A stretch of 64,000 nt of DNA from Leucoraja ocellata (lineage: Eukaryota), in the NCBI GenBank assembly GCA_036785375.1, contig JAWMAR010000107.1, positions 1,302,001 through 1,366,000 on the forward strand, in the 5' to 3' direction. A program made the translations under genes and the position numbers. Below the pieces are notes generated by a model. The model did not search any database and had not been told where the DNA came from. It was given only the letters and a program-made list of their open reading frames with translations. Of this stretch, positions 1 to 14,800 are shown piece by piece (the first letter of the stretch is position 1; every line of letters starts with the position of its first letter).

Positions 1-674
1 TGGGATTTCATTCCAACTGTTAGCCATTCGTCAGTTAAAGCAGACTTCCCTGTTATCAATCTTGAATTTACCTTTCATTATTGGATCTCACAATTTAATC
101 TAAGAAGCTTTTCTACATTGGTTACAATTTTATAAACCTTTGCAATAAATTTCCATCTTTTCATCTCTTCGAGGTTGAAAGCCCATGTCTCCAATTTTTC
201 AGAACATTTCAGATCCACAGCATCAAAGATCAGACAGCCAACTGGCAATGATGAATTATCAAAGCTGAGATAATAACAGGTCTTCATTAAATGGCAGCAA
301 GTAGATTTTTAAAACGGGAAACGCTTGATTACTTCTTGTGTGCAAGCAGTCATGATTTAATCTTCAATTATCTTTGATTATGCTTTCATATTGACCATAA
401 CATCAATAGCTGTTGAATATACCAGGTGAAAAGTTTATCTGTCTTAATGTGCATTAAATAGTTCCCCTATATTTCCCCCTGTTTCTTGCACGGCTCAAGT
501 TTCCAACCGCAATGCTAGTGAAATTTGTATAGGTGTTCACCAATCAGGGCATAGTTTTACTGATGAATGCTTCGTAAAGGACATTGTAAGCGGTCTCATA
601 AAAAGACATAGACTGAGTAAATGATTCAAGGAGGAGCTGAAAGTTTCCATGTATATTATAACATCCCGATAACA

Positions 675-799
675 ATCCTGCTGGAGAATGATGCTGTAGA
701 AGAATTGGATGTCCGTGTATAAAGGAAACCCTTAACACTAAGAAAATAGTAATTGTCTGAGTGGCAGAGAGAGAGAAAGAATTGAGATATTGGTGCAAA
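675..799. repeat. ~125-bp direct repeat, copy 1 (copy 2 at 2317-2441)
   Basis: Shared core aaggaaacccttaacactaagaaaatagtaattgtctgagtggcagagagaga, with similar flanks. Confidence 0.9.
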
Positions 800-2316
800 A
801 GAAATATAACATCCCACTGGCACATGGGAATCTCTGGCTGATCATCGCTCAAAACGGTGAAGGAGCATGGAGAAGATGGTGTTGACAACCTGAGGCCATG
901 CATCGAGAGCATAAACCCTGTGTAAGCTGTGGAAGGATTCAGCAAATTAACCATCAGCCACCTCCTGCACTAGCCGTGGAAGAGACTATGGGTCCCAGAT
1001 TGGCCTCGTCAGCCACCTCAGAATCAACAGAATCAGAGTAGAGGCAAACCGTCCTTGATCCTGAGAGATTGCATAGGAAGGGATGCTCTTCTCAATATAG
1101 CTATAAAACACGGCTATTCATCTGATCCTGTGATGCTCTCTCTTCTCCTCACTTCCGTGTACCACCGTTGGAACTCATTCTGCTGTGTTCGCAACCTCCA
1201 AATTCCAAGTATTATATCGTATGGTTCACTGAAACATGTTGAATTACACTGAAAGCACAGGGGCCATGGCAGGCTTTTTACTCGGATGAACGTGCTCTAC
1301 TTTTACCCAGACCAGTCTGTTTACTGTGTGAGGTTCGGCATCATTCACGCACTCGCTACATGTTAAATATCTTACGCAACTTACAAGCACTGCTGTGTAA
1401 AGACAGCTATTTTCTCAAATTGGCAGGTATCTTCTTCTTGCGTATGGTGTGCACAGCCTAAAGTTGTAGGACAACTTGTTATTGGCAGATATCATTTTTC
1501 GTGATGTTCCAATTGCATTTAATGCTTGGTTTGCTCTATTCACTTGTTGCATTACACAAACAAATGTTTTAGCTACTGGAGACTGGTTAACTTGGAGGTG
1601 GACATATCAAGTGGGCACAGTCCTTACACTCTATCCAACATTCACTTGAAAGTTTCTGCCATCGTACCATGGAGTTACTTGGATATATTTGGTTGCCACC
1701 CCCCACTTTATGGACTGTCATATTAAAGTGTCGCTAGCTGGTTCCTTTGATGCAAATTGCCTTCTAAATTAGATTTTCTATCTGAATATGAATAAACATA
1801 AAGCTGTGCATTGCAAATATGTCAGCAATGTCAGGAATAATTTTATTACTCAGAAAGATTGTTAACTTTATTGCACATTTGTTGTGGTGTAATATCGGGG
1901 GAAAACACAATGTGGTTGTGATTTAGAGGGATTTTTTTCCAGCATTCAGTGTCGGCCACGAGCACAGGAATCCTCTTTCCCTACTGCCTGCATCGTGTTG
2001 AAAGTCTTTGAATAGCTTTTTGCCCAACTCGTTATGTGGCCATGCAGTTTTTGTTTTGATAATATTTCTGTGAACTACTTAATGAATGTTTTACTCTGGA
2101 TGAATGATAGTAACATTATTGTTACTATTTGGTTTCTACTGAGGCAGCTCATTCTGGAATCTCTCAATACCTCAAATGGAGAGGCAAAACTAGGATCAGT
2201 GCAGTTCCTGGGGCAGTACTGTATATATGGACTGATTCAAAGAAAAACATGTGGAAGGTTAGAACAAGATAAGCCATAGGGAAGAGGAAAGTGGTGTTTA
2301 TGGAAAAAATAGAGCG

Positions 2317-2441
2317 ATCCTGCTGGTGAATGGTGCTGTAGAAGAGTTGGATGTCCATGAATCAAGGAAACCCTTAACACTAAGAAAATAGTAATTGTCT
2401 GAGTGGCAGAGAGAGAAAAATAATTGAGATATTGGTACAAA
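2317..2441. repeat. ~125-bp direct repeat, copy 2
   Basis: See 675-799. Confidence 0.9.
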
Positions 2442-2714
2442 GACATGAGAGGCTCAGTATTCCAAGTATACAGATAACGACATCAATGTTCCTATCCAGA
2501 ATGGAGATGACTTGGTACTTGCCGTTTCAGTCATCCTCAGATTTGAGTTTTGTATTAAGCCTAACTTTAACAATATGCTGCCAGCTTAGATGTTATCTGT
2601 GTTAACGCCCAGCAAAGCTCTATATCAGGAACCTGGTATTAGTAAGCTATATATTTTGCTTACCTCTATGCTATCTAGCTTATGTACCTATGTAATGTGT
2701 GTGTATTATCACAG

Positions 2715-2832
2715 GTTTACGAGCTGGACTTGCTGCCTCAATTGCTGGAAGCTCAATCATCAGCAAAATGTTGCTGGCAAACATCGACCCTTTTGGAGCA
2801 ACACCGTTCATTGATCCTGATCCAGACTCTCT
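2715..2832 (+). CDS. DGKH: DGKH exon: (G)[38 protein letters not shown](L)
   Basis: cag acceptor, gtaag donor; phase 1 to phase 2; near-identical to recalled [40 protein letters not shown]. Confidence 0.95.
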
Positions 2833-5800
2833 GTAAGAAGTGTAATCTCTTCACCAGTTTTTATGGTCCTGTGTAGTGCTGACTGAGAGTCATAGGAAAT
2901 GAAAACTCTCAGTCCTTTGCACGTGAACGCACTTCAGACTCCATCCGTGCAGTCATCAGATTTGCACAGAAGTGTATGTGACCGTCTGCTCCGTCATTGT
3001 GCTCACCATTGAGCCCAGCAGTGAAGCAATGACTAGCTGAGCAAAGGATTGAGTCTGGGTCCTCTTCACATTTGGCAATCCCTGTTTGGGCTCTGAGCAA
3101 TTACCTTAACCTTTGAATAGGGTCACTTACTCTGTGGAAAAAGGGAACTGCCTGCCTGTTTTGCTTTATTTTTATATTTGAATTACTTATTAGTGCATTA
3201 CTATGGTTTAATTACTCTTAATTTAAATTACTTTAATCTTGTTGAATAAATGCTTCTGCTAATCAGAGATATTTAAAAACCATTTTAAAGCCTTCCATAG
3301 CCAAAGGCTGTCAGAGCATCCCTTGGGCAAGGTCTGAAGGTAGACCGTCTGAGGGCAGCTCACTGACTGGAGCCCGCTCTATTATGATGGATGCTGGTCG
3401 GGTTCTGGACTGTCAGCTCACCCGATGCTCCGCATCTGGTGGAAGTAAGAAGTGGCCAGCAAGTCCTGGCTATGAGCTGGGTATTTGCTAATATTACTTC
3501 GAGTATTTGCCAGATTAAGGTCATGTTTTATGTCTTTTAATTTATTGTTGTATTTTTGCGCTTTATGTGAGCTGTTATGTTATGTTCTGTTATGTTGTCT
3601 GTTTATGATGTCTTGTTTATTCCACTGTACAGCACTTTGTTCAACATTGGTTGTCTTAAAGTGCTTAACAAATAAAGTTGGATTGGATTAAGGTCCTCCC
3701 CAGTTTACAAATGTCCGACAGTGATCGAGTGTTTGGGAAACGGCAAGATTGTCTTTCTGTCGTGTAGGACTTCATTTTGCGACTGCTTTTCCGCATTGCG
3801 CACTCTTCTGTTTACGAACAGTTATCAGGAATTGAAACTGTGAAGGACCAGTAAATTTTCTATAGGGGAGATTATTTTAATGGGTGCTTAATGTACACCT
3901 AAATTGATATTTTTGCAACAAAAACTGTGTTTTCTTTCCACAATCCAGGGAAGGCTACGCTGAGAAATGTGTTATGAACAATTATTTTGGAATTGGATTA
4001 GATGCCAAAATCTCCTTGGAATTTAACAACAAGCGTGAGGAGCACCCTGAGAAATGCAGGTAGCTAACTACCTGTCTAACTTTATCATTGTGGAATTAAG
4101 GTGAAGGGTCATATTCCAAAATCCTACTCTGTGGGACTAAGTTACAAGTTTCAGGCAGTTGTGATCGAGACATAACATTCTAAAGATTACTGATGTACGA
4201 GCATGACTCGTCCTATGTAATGTGTGTTCAGTGCTAGAGACAGAGATGATAGGGTCATGGCCGCATGGAAACAGGCCCTTCAGCCAGTTGAGTCTGTGCT
4301 AACCACCAACATGGCAAAAGATGCCTGCAGCCATGCAGCAGCTGGAAAATCCAACCCTCTGATCTCCCGAACATTCGACCGTATGTATGGGCTGTACTAT
4401 GTTGCGCATTTATCAGCTGGGCGCTTATGGTTGGCAACCAGTAGATTCTGTATACCTCAGTGGACCGATACCTCAGTGGACCGAGCATGTGTTAAGCAAA
4501 ACTGTCACGGAGTCTACATTTGGTCTCTTCGATGTACAGGAGACCACATCGGGAACACTGGATGCAGTAGATAAGGTTAGAAGAGGGACATGTGAACCTT
4601 TGTCTCACCTGAAAGGACTGTCAGGGTCTCTGGATGGAGTTGATGGAGGAGGCTTAAGGACAGGTGTTGTATTTTATGCAGTTGCAGGGGAAAGTATCTA
4701 GGGAGGCGGTGGTTTGGGTGGGAAGGGATGAGTGAATCAAGGACGTACGGAGCAAATTGGTCTCTGTGGAAGGCGGAAAGGGGTGGAGCTGGGAAGATGT
4801 GATTAGTGGTGGGATCCCATAGGATGTGAGTGCCCATGGCATAGGATGTGAGTGCCCATGGCAACATCTTTAACTTTGAGAAAGTGAGAGGAGTCAAAAG
4901 AGAAGTTGCTGAGGCTGAGGGTGAGGGAAAGTTCCGCCAGGCAGAGGAGAGCGCTAGTTGAGGGAAATTGATTGGGTCTCTGTACGAGGAACCGGGGGGG
5001 CCTTGAGATATTTCTGGTGTGATCTAGGAAATATTAGTGAAACAAATTCACAGCTTTCTGAACATTTTGTCAATGTACTTTGCTTAGAAGTCGGACAAAG
5101 AATATGATGTGGTATGGCGTGCTTGGTACCAAGGAATTGCTACAGCGAACCTATAAGAATTTAGAACAGAAGGTGCAACTTGAGGTAAGCTTTGTGTTTC
5201 TCATAATGTTGAACTAATCAGTCAAGACATGTGATACAATTACATTAAGATGTCATGAACCACCTTAAATAATCGATGTTTGACAAATCTAGATGCCACA
5301 GTCATGGGAGTTCTCTGGCCAATTCTCTAATTAACTATTGGGGATGGTTTGAAACCTAATTGTGACATTTTTTGTGATATTTTACAACATACATTTCTTC
5401 TGTAGTTCTTGGAATTATGCGAATACTGTTACCTTTATTTTCCATTTTTAAGTCCTGATACTATATCGTGCATTTAGACCCTGGGTTTCACTATCTACAT
5501 TTGAGAAGCTGTTCCTTAAGAATGGAAGATGTTGAAGCTCTATTCATAACATCTAGTGTTATTTGGTCCCACCTGGGGTGAGGGATGTAGAAACATGAGG
5601 TGGAGGATCAAATCAAGGATATTGAGAGCAGGTGGAAAAATGAGGAAGGGCATTATTTCTCCCTGTTTCTGTTAGGAGTTGTTCAGGTCCTATCTGTAGA
5701 AGACTTTGCCTAAAACTCTGCTACATTTCCAATAAATCTCCTCGACCTCTCTAAAGATGTGACATCTTCTCAGGTTCTCAGAATTAATTACGATAGCTAA

Positions 5801-8800
5801 GCTTAAGCCTGACAAGTGTTCGACAAAAAATTAGAATAATTTCCTTGCTTTTATATTATACACTATTAATAAAGGCAAAGATTCCAAATTTAATAGTTGA
5901 ACTTTTTTTATGTGTACATGTATAATCACATCTTCCATTTTCCCATTATTTTGCATTGCTATCACTTCCTACAACTTTGCCTTGTTTCATCATTATGCAT
6001 CTGCCCATTACATCTATCTTTTTGTGCCCTTCTGGCATGTGGTATTCTCAATGTCATTTGGTGCAGTTTTAGAGAGACATAAGTGGTTCCCAGTGCAATA
6101 TTTTATTGTGGACACTCTTAATCTTAATTTGAATAGAATGCAAAATTGGTGATAGTTATAGTCATATTGAAATATGAATTTTCTTAACTGATTTATTTTG
6201 TGTGTTACAGTGTGATGGACAATACATTCCTCTACCCAGTCTCCAAGGCATTGCTGTATTAAACATTCCAAGCTATGCTGGTGGAACTAACTTTTGGGGC
6301 GGAACAAAAGAAGATGATGTAAGTTGAGGTTTGGTCTGTGCTCTGCATTGAGAACCAGGAACATTGAATAAATTAATTTACTTTTTAGCCAGTGTAAAAA
6401 ACAACTGTTGTAATGTATTAGGTCTTGAGCTGCAAAAGGAGAAAACATACACACTGAAAAGCCAACTGCAGTCCAGACAATCAGATTTATTATAAGCTTG
6501 CAGCTTTATTTATAGAAGCTGGTAAGATAAATCTTTCATGCCTCCCTAAATTTCATTGAATATTTCCTGTGCTTCTCCATCCCATTTGCACACTGCTGCT
6601 TCTCTCCACCTTGGGCACCCAGGAGCAGGAGCCTGCATTGCTGAGGCTATATTCCGAGCTTCTTGCCCATGGTGTACAATTCTGTACACGTCTATTTATT
6701 CTGGAGCTACCTCTCTGTTGATGCTAGAAGATGAACAGAAGTTGCAAACTTAACAAAAAGGACAGCAGGGAACCCATCATTTATTGAACGACGTGTGTCA
6801 TTTCCTTGCTTTCCTCACCAGATGGATCTCTCACTGAAAACACATAACATTGGAGAAACCTCACTTCCATGGTCCATTTGTATAAATCAACATGTTTTAT
6901 TTGCTTTTAATTGCAACATAAAATTTGTTTTCTGCTGTCTCAATTGTCTATTGCTTTTGATCTGTTTATTCAACCTGTGAAACTTTGTGTTGACAATAAA
7001 GCTTCTGGGGCTAGACATTTCTTTTATGAAATAACCAATATGTAACTGAGGGGAAAAAAGCAGCATCTGTGGAGAACATGGATCGATGATATTCAGGGTT
7101 GAGATCTTTCTTTAGACTGAGAAATATAAGACTGTAATCTAAAAGTAAAGAATTGCAGGTGTTGAAATAGAAACAAAAAATGGTGGAGGCCCAGCAGCAT
7201 CTGTGAGGCGAGAATCTGAGCAAACGCTTTCTGAAAGGACATTAACATGAAACATTAACTGATTTTCTTTCCATAAGTGCTGCCCGACCTGGTGAGTCTT
7301 TCCAGCATTCTTTGTTTTTTATTTCAAATTTAAAACTGTATTTTGTTCATCCACCAATCTTACCATTATCCTATCATCAATCCCTGATTATGTGTGAGGT
7401 TGGTCCTAATGGCTTCTCTGAAAATTAGATCTTCCTCCAAATGTGTAATAAATGACTTGAACTACAAACTGGGCCTGCTCTCCAAAAGCAAATTCCAAAA
7501 AGTTTGTCAAAATTGGAGAACAATTTTTCACAGTAATCTTGCACATCCTTTCAAAACAAATGGCTGGTAAACCAGTAAAAGTTGTAGTTGTTGTATTCAG
7601 TCACACAGCCATTCTGTCCATCCCAGAATTGTGAATTATGTGTCCTTTTAGATCTTTGGTGCTCCTTCATTTGATGACAAGATCTTGGAAGTCGTGGCTG
7701 TATTTGGAAGTATGCAAATGGCAGTATCAAGAGTCATCAAGCTTCAGCACCACAGAATAGCTCAGGTGGGTTTATTAGTCAAAGTTTCTTTCAAAATAAT
7801 TGTTACCTAATTTCCATATAATATGATTTATCTGTTGTTCTGTGATGTAAGAACTGTATGTTTAGAACCTTTGCATGGATTTATGGAACCACGGGCTTCT
7901 TAGCCAGTCCTTTCTTCACAGTTCTCATTCGTACTGTAGTTACTTGTTGTTCCATTTTTCAGCGTATCTTCTGGGAAGTTAGTTTGGCACAGAGTTAAAG
8001 AAAGAGATTCTTCAACCCGCCGAGTCTGTGCTAACCATTAACCACATTTATACTAATCGTATGTTAATTCCACTTTTTATTGCCCTCACATTCCCGTCAA
8101 CTGCCCCCAGATTCTACCACTCACCTCCACACCAAGGACAATTTACAATGGTTAATTAACGTACCAGCCAGGTCTCGGGTGTGGGTGGAAACCAAACACC
8201 TGGATAAAACCCACATGATTCGAGGAATGTGCAAACTACTGCTGCCAACTATGATGCCCTCACAGTCACCATTCAAAACTGATGTGCTACCTTTCTTCCC
8301 ATTGCTTCCACCACCTGACATACACAGTTGCAGCGGCAGCTGAATTTGCACTCCATTCTTTGCATGCCATCAGTCTGTCTACAGCTGAAATAATAAATTA
8401 ACTATATTGAGTGTTGTAACTGAAGAGAGAACCAGTACCTGTTTCCAATAATGGAACTTTTGACCAGTATCAGTTTCCTGAGCAGAATCTGTTACAACCA
8501 ATCCAGCAGGTTTATTCTTGTGTGAAGCACCAAATAATATCCCAAAAGGGAGCATAATCCTACCTAACATTACATGTGCTTCTAACATCTTCAAATTATA
8601 TTTCTGTTCTACCTCCATTCACCCACCAACCACCAGTTGGATCGAGCTCATTTACTGATCGAGATAATTGTTAAAAGCCATTTTGTCTTTGAAGTCTTTT
8701 TCTCAAGTACCCAGCCTGTACAGTACTCTAATTTTCTTGAAGTATTTGAGATAATTTCTGTTTAACAACATCACTCTAAATTAGTTTAAAGCTGACACAG

Positions 8801-11800
8801 GTCCTCCGTGGTTATCAACACCTAATTTATGGACGCCTGTACATACAAACGAGCTGCAACAATTGGGGGCTGGGTCAAGTTGAGTAGTTGAGCAGATTCA
8901 TCCCCTGAGCCAGTGAGGCCACCTATTGGATGTTCATCCCATTCCTGCTTCACAGTTGTTATCGTGATCTTGTCCTGCAAGATCTTTGTTCATTTCCAAC
9001 TTACAAGAAAGTTGTGTTTCAAACAAATTTGCAGGAGCAGAACCCTTTCAACACCCATGGACTGTCTGTATAACAAATTATGTACTGGTCTCGGCCACTT
9101 ATTTTCCAATATGCTTTTGTTTTTTGCCATTTTTTGCTTTGGACTATGCTTATTTTGTTTCCTTTCCTTTGCCTAAGCTAACATATTTTCAGCAATCTCG
9201 TATTCCTTTGAACTTGGCATGATCCTTACTGAGTTGTCAAGTGCCACTTCCAAATTGATTTAAGATGAATTGTTCCATTCACTTTATGCAATATCATTGA
9301 AACTCATTAACCACATTATACTGCTGTTATGAACACGAATCAGATAATTTACAGGGAACTCATGCTGTGTGATATCAAGGACGTTTTTGTTTCCTCTAGA
9401 TGTGGTCCTGGTTGTTGATGTGATGGACGACCCACAGTCGCAAAGGATGTAAAATGAAGGCACAAACTGGCAGTTCCTAGTTGATTACAACTAGTTTAAC
9501 AAAGGGCAACAAATAGCTCAACATCATCATTTAATAGACACCTACCATAGATTTTGTACTGTTGTTACACGCGACTGTTTATACTGTCGCTTAACATTCA
9601 TCCTTAGTTGGATTTTATTGAATTCATTCAGTTTTAATTTAATCTCACAGCAGTATATTTCCTATAAGATAAATATGAATCATGACTCGCGTACAATAAA
9701 CCTACTGAAGCAGACCATTTAGCCAAGTTCTTCACTGTCAGTATTTATGCAGCATGAAACTACTTTCTCCTCCCTGTCCCATCAGTCAGAAACTACAATA
9801 GATTGAAAGCATGTACCACACGATTCAAGAACCGCCTCTTTCCCACTGTTGGCTGACTCCTGAACAAACCTATCATATGCTAAGGATGAACTCCTAATCT
9901 TCCAGTCTAAAACATTGTCGCCTTCGCTCAGTTCCTCCAGCACTATATATTTTACCTCCTTATATCCTGGTTGTTTCCTTCCATGCTTGCAACAGCATGA
10001 CCACACTATCTACAAGGCAGCATATTATTAGAAGCCATAGCTGCATCTGTTAATGTACCTGAATATTCCAAATTGTACATCCTTCGGACTATTAAACAAT
10101 ACTAACTCTCAGCTTTAATTTAAAATCAATCTGTAAAACATCTGTGTAGCTTAGACTAAAATAACCTCTCTTTTTCTCATCCAGATCCATGTGCTTGAAT
10201 ATTAAAGCTGATTATTCTCCATTTTTCCCCTTCATTTCATAAATTAAGATTATATAGTGTATGCTGTTTGGGTGACAAGAGTTGGTGAAAGTTCTTATTC
10301 AGTTGCTTATAAACACTGAAGTTAAAGTGGCATCATCCTCTGCAGTGTCGGTCTGTGAAGATCACCATTCTGGGAGATGAGGGCGTGCCAGTACAGGTAG
10401 ATGGAGAGGCGTGGATCCAGCCACCTGGGGTCATCAAAATCGTGCACAAAAACAGAGCGCAGATGCTGACAAGAGACCGAGTAAGTAGGCAAGAGAATAT
10501 ATTTCTAAATCACCAGACAACCATTGAAGTTTTATAGGCTGCTATCTGACTTGCTGCGATGATACCCATGCAGCTTTCATGTGCATTGCAGGCAAGCGGT
10601 TTGGTGGACAGGTAAGAATAATGTATTCCAAGTTAAGCTACAGTTCCTGTTATGAAGTCTGATATCCTGACTTTGACTTTAATATGATTTACATATTTAG
10701 TGTAAAAAATAAATTATTCTTTCAGTTGGATAAATGTAAAAATAATAGAAACTTCAGGGCAGTGAACTAGGATTGGTTGGATAACAGGAGTTGGTTAACA
10801 GACAACCTGGGACCTGGGGGATAAGAGAGGATTGCCCTGTTACGAATAGCTAAAAATCGATTGGCATTTAGAAGAATAGTTGTTATCTTAGTGGAATTTT
10901 TTAGGGTTATGACAGGGTAGTTGTCAAGATGTTTTCCTCTAGTAGGAGAGTCGTGAACAAGGGAACACAGAAAAGATATAAGGAGGATTTCATGTAGAAC
11001 TGTGGTGCAAAGGGAGTCCTACTCGCAGATGGTGGTGAATCTCTGAAATTCTCTACTAAGGAATTTGTGGAGGCCTGATCACTGGGGATATTTAAAGAGG
11101 AGATAAGTTAGTTTTCAAAAGATCTGGCAATTAGGGGATATGTTTGAACTGGCAACGGTAGAGAGAATGAGGTCTGGTGCAGATCAGCCATGGGGTGACA
11201 GAGTGGCCTGCTCTGCTCCTTTTTTCTTATGTTCTAATACAGACTTAGAGTGCCACCTCTCGCAGGAAGATGTAATTACACAATAGCAGGTTTATACAGA
11301 TTGATGCCATGTCTGGCACTTTGGGGCCTGGCTGGTGCCAGACCACAGGGAATCCGGACCACAGAAATTGCTACTTCCTCTGAGCAAGAGAACTGTTCCC
11401 TTTAAATATACACAATCCTCGGGACATGTAGAAGTTGCAAAAGCTATCCGTAACTCGAAATTTCTGTGAGTCATAAATGTTGTCAGGTGAGATAAATTGC
11501 ACTGGCAGGTTACTAAGCTACAGATTAGTACAGATCCTAGTCTCTTAGAACTGAGTTAGAATTAGTTACTTAGTCATAGAGCATGGAAACAGGCCTTTTC
11601 GCCCAACTCATCCATGCCAATCAGGATGCCTTCCTGGGCTAGTCCCATTTGCTTGCATTTGGCCCATATCCCTGTAAACGTTTCCTATCCATGTACCTGT
11701 CCAATATCTTCTAAACATTGTAATTGTACACACCTTCACAACTTCCTCTGTCTGCTTCTTCCATATACTGACCATCCTCTGTGTGAAACATTTGCCCCTC

Positions 11801-14800
11801 AAGTCCTTTTCAAATGTTTCTCTTATCTTAATTCTGTGTCCTCTATTTTAGACTACTCTACCCTTGGAAAAAGAGTGTGACATTATGTATGCCCATCATG
11901 ATTTTATATTCTTCTATAAAGCCACTCAATTTGCTACATTCCAGGGAAAATGGCCCAGCATATCCAGCCTATTTTTATATCTCAAGCATGCTCTTCAATC
12001 TTCGCTGCACCTTTCCAATTTAAAGACATAATTCCTATATCTGGCAAACAGAACTGCACTCAATAATCCAAGTGTGATCTCACCAACGACTTGTACAGTT
12101 GTACCATGACATCCCAACTCCTGCATTCAGTGCTCTGACCAATGAAGGCAAGTGTGCCAAATGCCTTCTTCGCCACTGTCTCCCCGAGTCACCTGTAGCA
12201 TGCCAGACCACAGGGGTTGCTGGACCACAGAATGGTGGACTAGTGTGTTTCACTGTCTTGTTTCAAGTGAACTGAGATGTACACACTCATGCGACATTGA
12301 GAATCGTACTGGGGATACAAAAATCCTGTTTACTGGAGAGCCTATTCTTGTTAGATCCAGGAGGTTTATGAAGGAATTTAATAGAAATGTTATGAATGAA
12401 AAGGTTTTGTTGTACTAAATAAATCTATTTGGTCCAGCAGCTCGTTACTCAAGGGCTACCAATGTTAGTTGGAAAATTAGATAGAAGAGTTTATACTCAG
12501 TGTTGATTTGGCAGACATACCCTACTATCTACCTGAAGTAACATGAATTTAATGATTGGCTTTTTTAACTTTACATTTTAAACATGTTTTTGTCGGGAGT
12601 ACTGTTCATTGATTTTATGTAACAAGGTGTACTAAATTAGTACTTCTTTAATGGTTCTGTTTCATTGCAATTGACAAAGTGTTTGCAATCTGCTTACAAG
12701 TTTAAAAAAAAAAAATCAGATAATTAGTTCAAGCTTAAGATGTACATGTGTGGGTGGCAGAAAAGTAAATACCCATAATTAAATAAGAGATGGCAATAAC
12801 AGTGTTTCAAAAAATAAGACGGTGTAAGAAGAAAATAAATTGAATGACATGGCAGAGTAACTATTATAATACAGTAAATAAAAGTTTGTTTTTGTCACCT
12901 TTAAAACATCTGTGCTGTCATCTTCTATTTTTACACATTTGGTCTTGTTTGAAATGGGCAAGAAGCAGAAAAATTACTATCAAGAACAGTGTTCCTCAGA
13001 ACATTGCCCAAATTGTTCACTATTTAGCAGAATTGTTCAAACATTACCTCATTATACTATCACAAAAGTTGATCCAAATTGCTGGAGTAACTCAGTGGGT
13101 CAGGCAGCATCTCTGAAGAACATGGATAGGTGATGTTTCAGACTGAATATATAGTATATTTTTCAGGCTGAATATATGGTATATATTACTGATTCTTCAT
13201 TCATTACTACTCATTCTTCCAAAATGTACCACTTCTTACTTTGAATTTAACCCGTCATGTTTTTACCAAATTCATTAATCCATCTGCTTGGTCTTCAAAG
13301 TTGTTTTTATCATCTTTCTCACTGCTTACTGAATGTCAGTGTTTCTAAAACGTACATATCTCAAGATTGTACTCTGTAACCCTATTCCATGTTTTTAATA
13401 TGTGTCTATAACATTAAGGTTCCTATGACTGGGGGAAGTCAAAACTATGCTTCCCTTCATCCTTCATCATGAAAATATCCCATTCTTCACATTTTTTATT
13501 TTTTATTCCATAACCAACTTTTTTAATTTACCAAAAAAACTATTAAGTGGTTCTTCATCTGAAGAGATAGTACAATTTACCACATGAAAAAACTCATATC
13601 AAATTAATTTGTCACAATTAACAATTTCTTAACAAGCTATTAACAATTTCATTCATGTGGCTATTTATTCTCTTAGCTAGCACCAGTGGGGTTATTGAGG
13701 AAGAGAAGGGAAAAGCCATAGATGGGTTCATTTGAAGATGAAGAAGGGGATGAATTTAGAAGCAAATTAACATGAATTTAGAAGCAAATTGGGCATGGGC
13801 AGGAAGAAGGACCATGATTGTTGTCATTCATCAGGAAACAAGAGGGTTAATAAAGTTTCTTTGGCAATTCTTTTTGTTTAGAGGAAGGGAGAAGAGTCAA
13901 ATAGGATGTTATCCGATGAAGGAGAAATTATTCTTCGTAAGAACAATTGCCGGCAAGCAGGTTGATTGAGGGCGGACTTTCCATATATCGATATGGCGTG
14001 AAAACAGGCCCTTCAGCCCACTGAAACTGTGCTGACCACTTAATTTAATGTTACATTAATCCCCATATTGCATCAACTCATCCCAGATTCTGCCATTCAT
14101 CTACCCACTCAGGGCAATTTACAGTGACTGATTAATCCACCAGCCTGCATATCCTTGAAATGTGGGAGGATACTAGAACATACACAGGAAACCTACATAG
14201 TCAATCAGGGAACTTGCAATATCCACACATACAGCACCTGCAGTCAGGATTGAACCAGGGTCACGAGCTTTGTGAGGTAGTGGCTCTACCACCTCCACCA
14301 TCATTTGTGTAATGGAAATTTATGGGTGTCATCCAAGTGAGACTCGAGGACCAGTATGACTGGAGATTAAAAGAAAAAAAAACTATTAGGGCCAGGAACC
14401 TGGAGATTTGAAAGTGGAGAATTCAAGGATGTAAATTAGAAGAAACTGGACATGAAGATGATAAAGATAAGATTGGAAGCAAATATTTCTAAAAAAGAAA
14501 GGCTGAAACATTAGGGCTACGAGTGGACCTCTGAGGTTGCAGGCTATCGTTGGCAGAGGTGGGTAATTTTGATGGAGAGGGGCAGGGTATACAGCAAGGT
14601 GTGCAGAGGGGATGAGGCAAGTTACAACCTGGCCACTGCCTTCATGAGAGAGGTTTGGAATGAAGCAAAAAAAGTACAAATTAAATAATGCCAATCTGAA
14701 AAAGTAAATGGTCCAGAATTTTCTGCCTAATAATAGCATTTATTGATGTTTCACATCTGTTATTGATGTGTAAATTGTCTATCAATTAGTGGAGAGGAAG

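Noticed and set aside
30-75. SVKADFPVINLEF as the preceding DGKH exon (expected ...KENLPVLNTRIICP)
   Set aside because: Poor match and no phase-1 donor; the true exon probably lies upstream of the window.
4452-4862. Short tandem duplications (16 bp x2 near 4452, 22 bp x2 near 4818; similar at about 13750 and 57950)
   Set aside because: Ordinary slippage duplications, mostly within decayed TEs.
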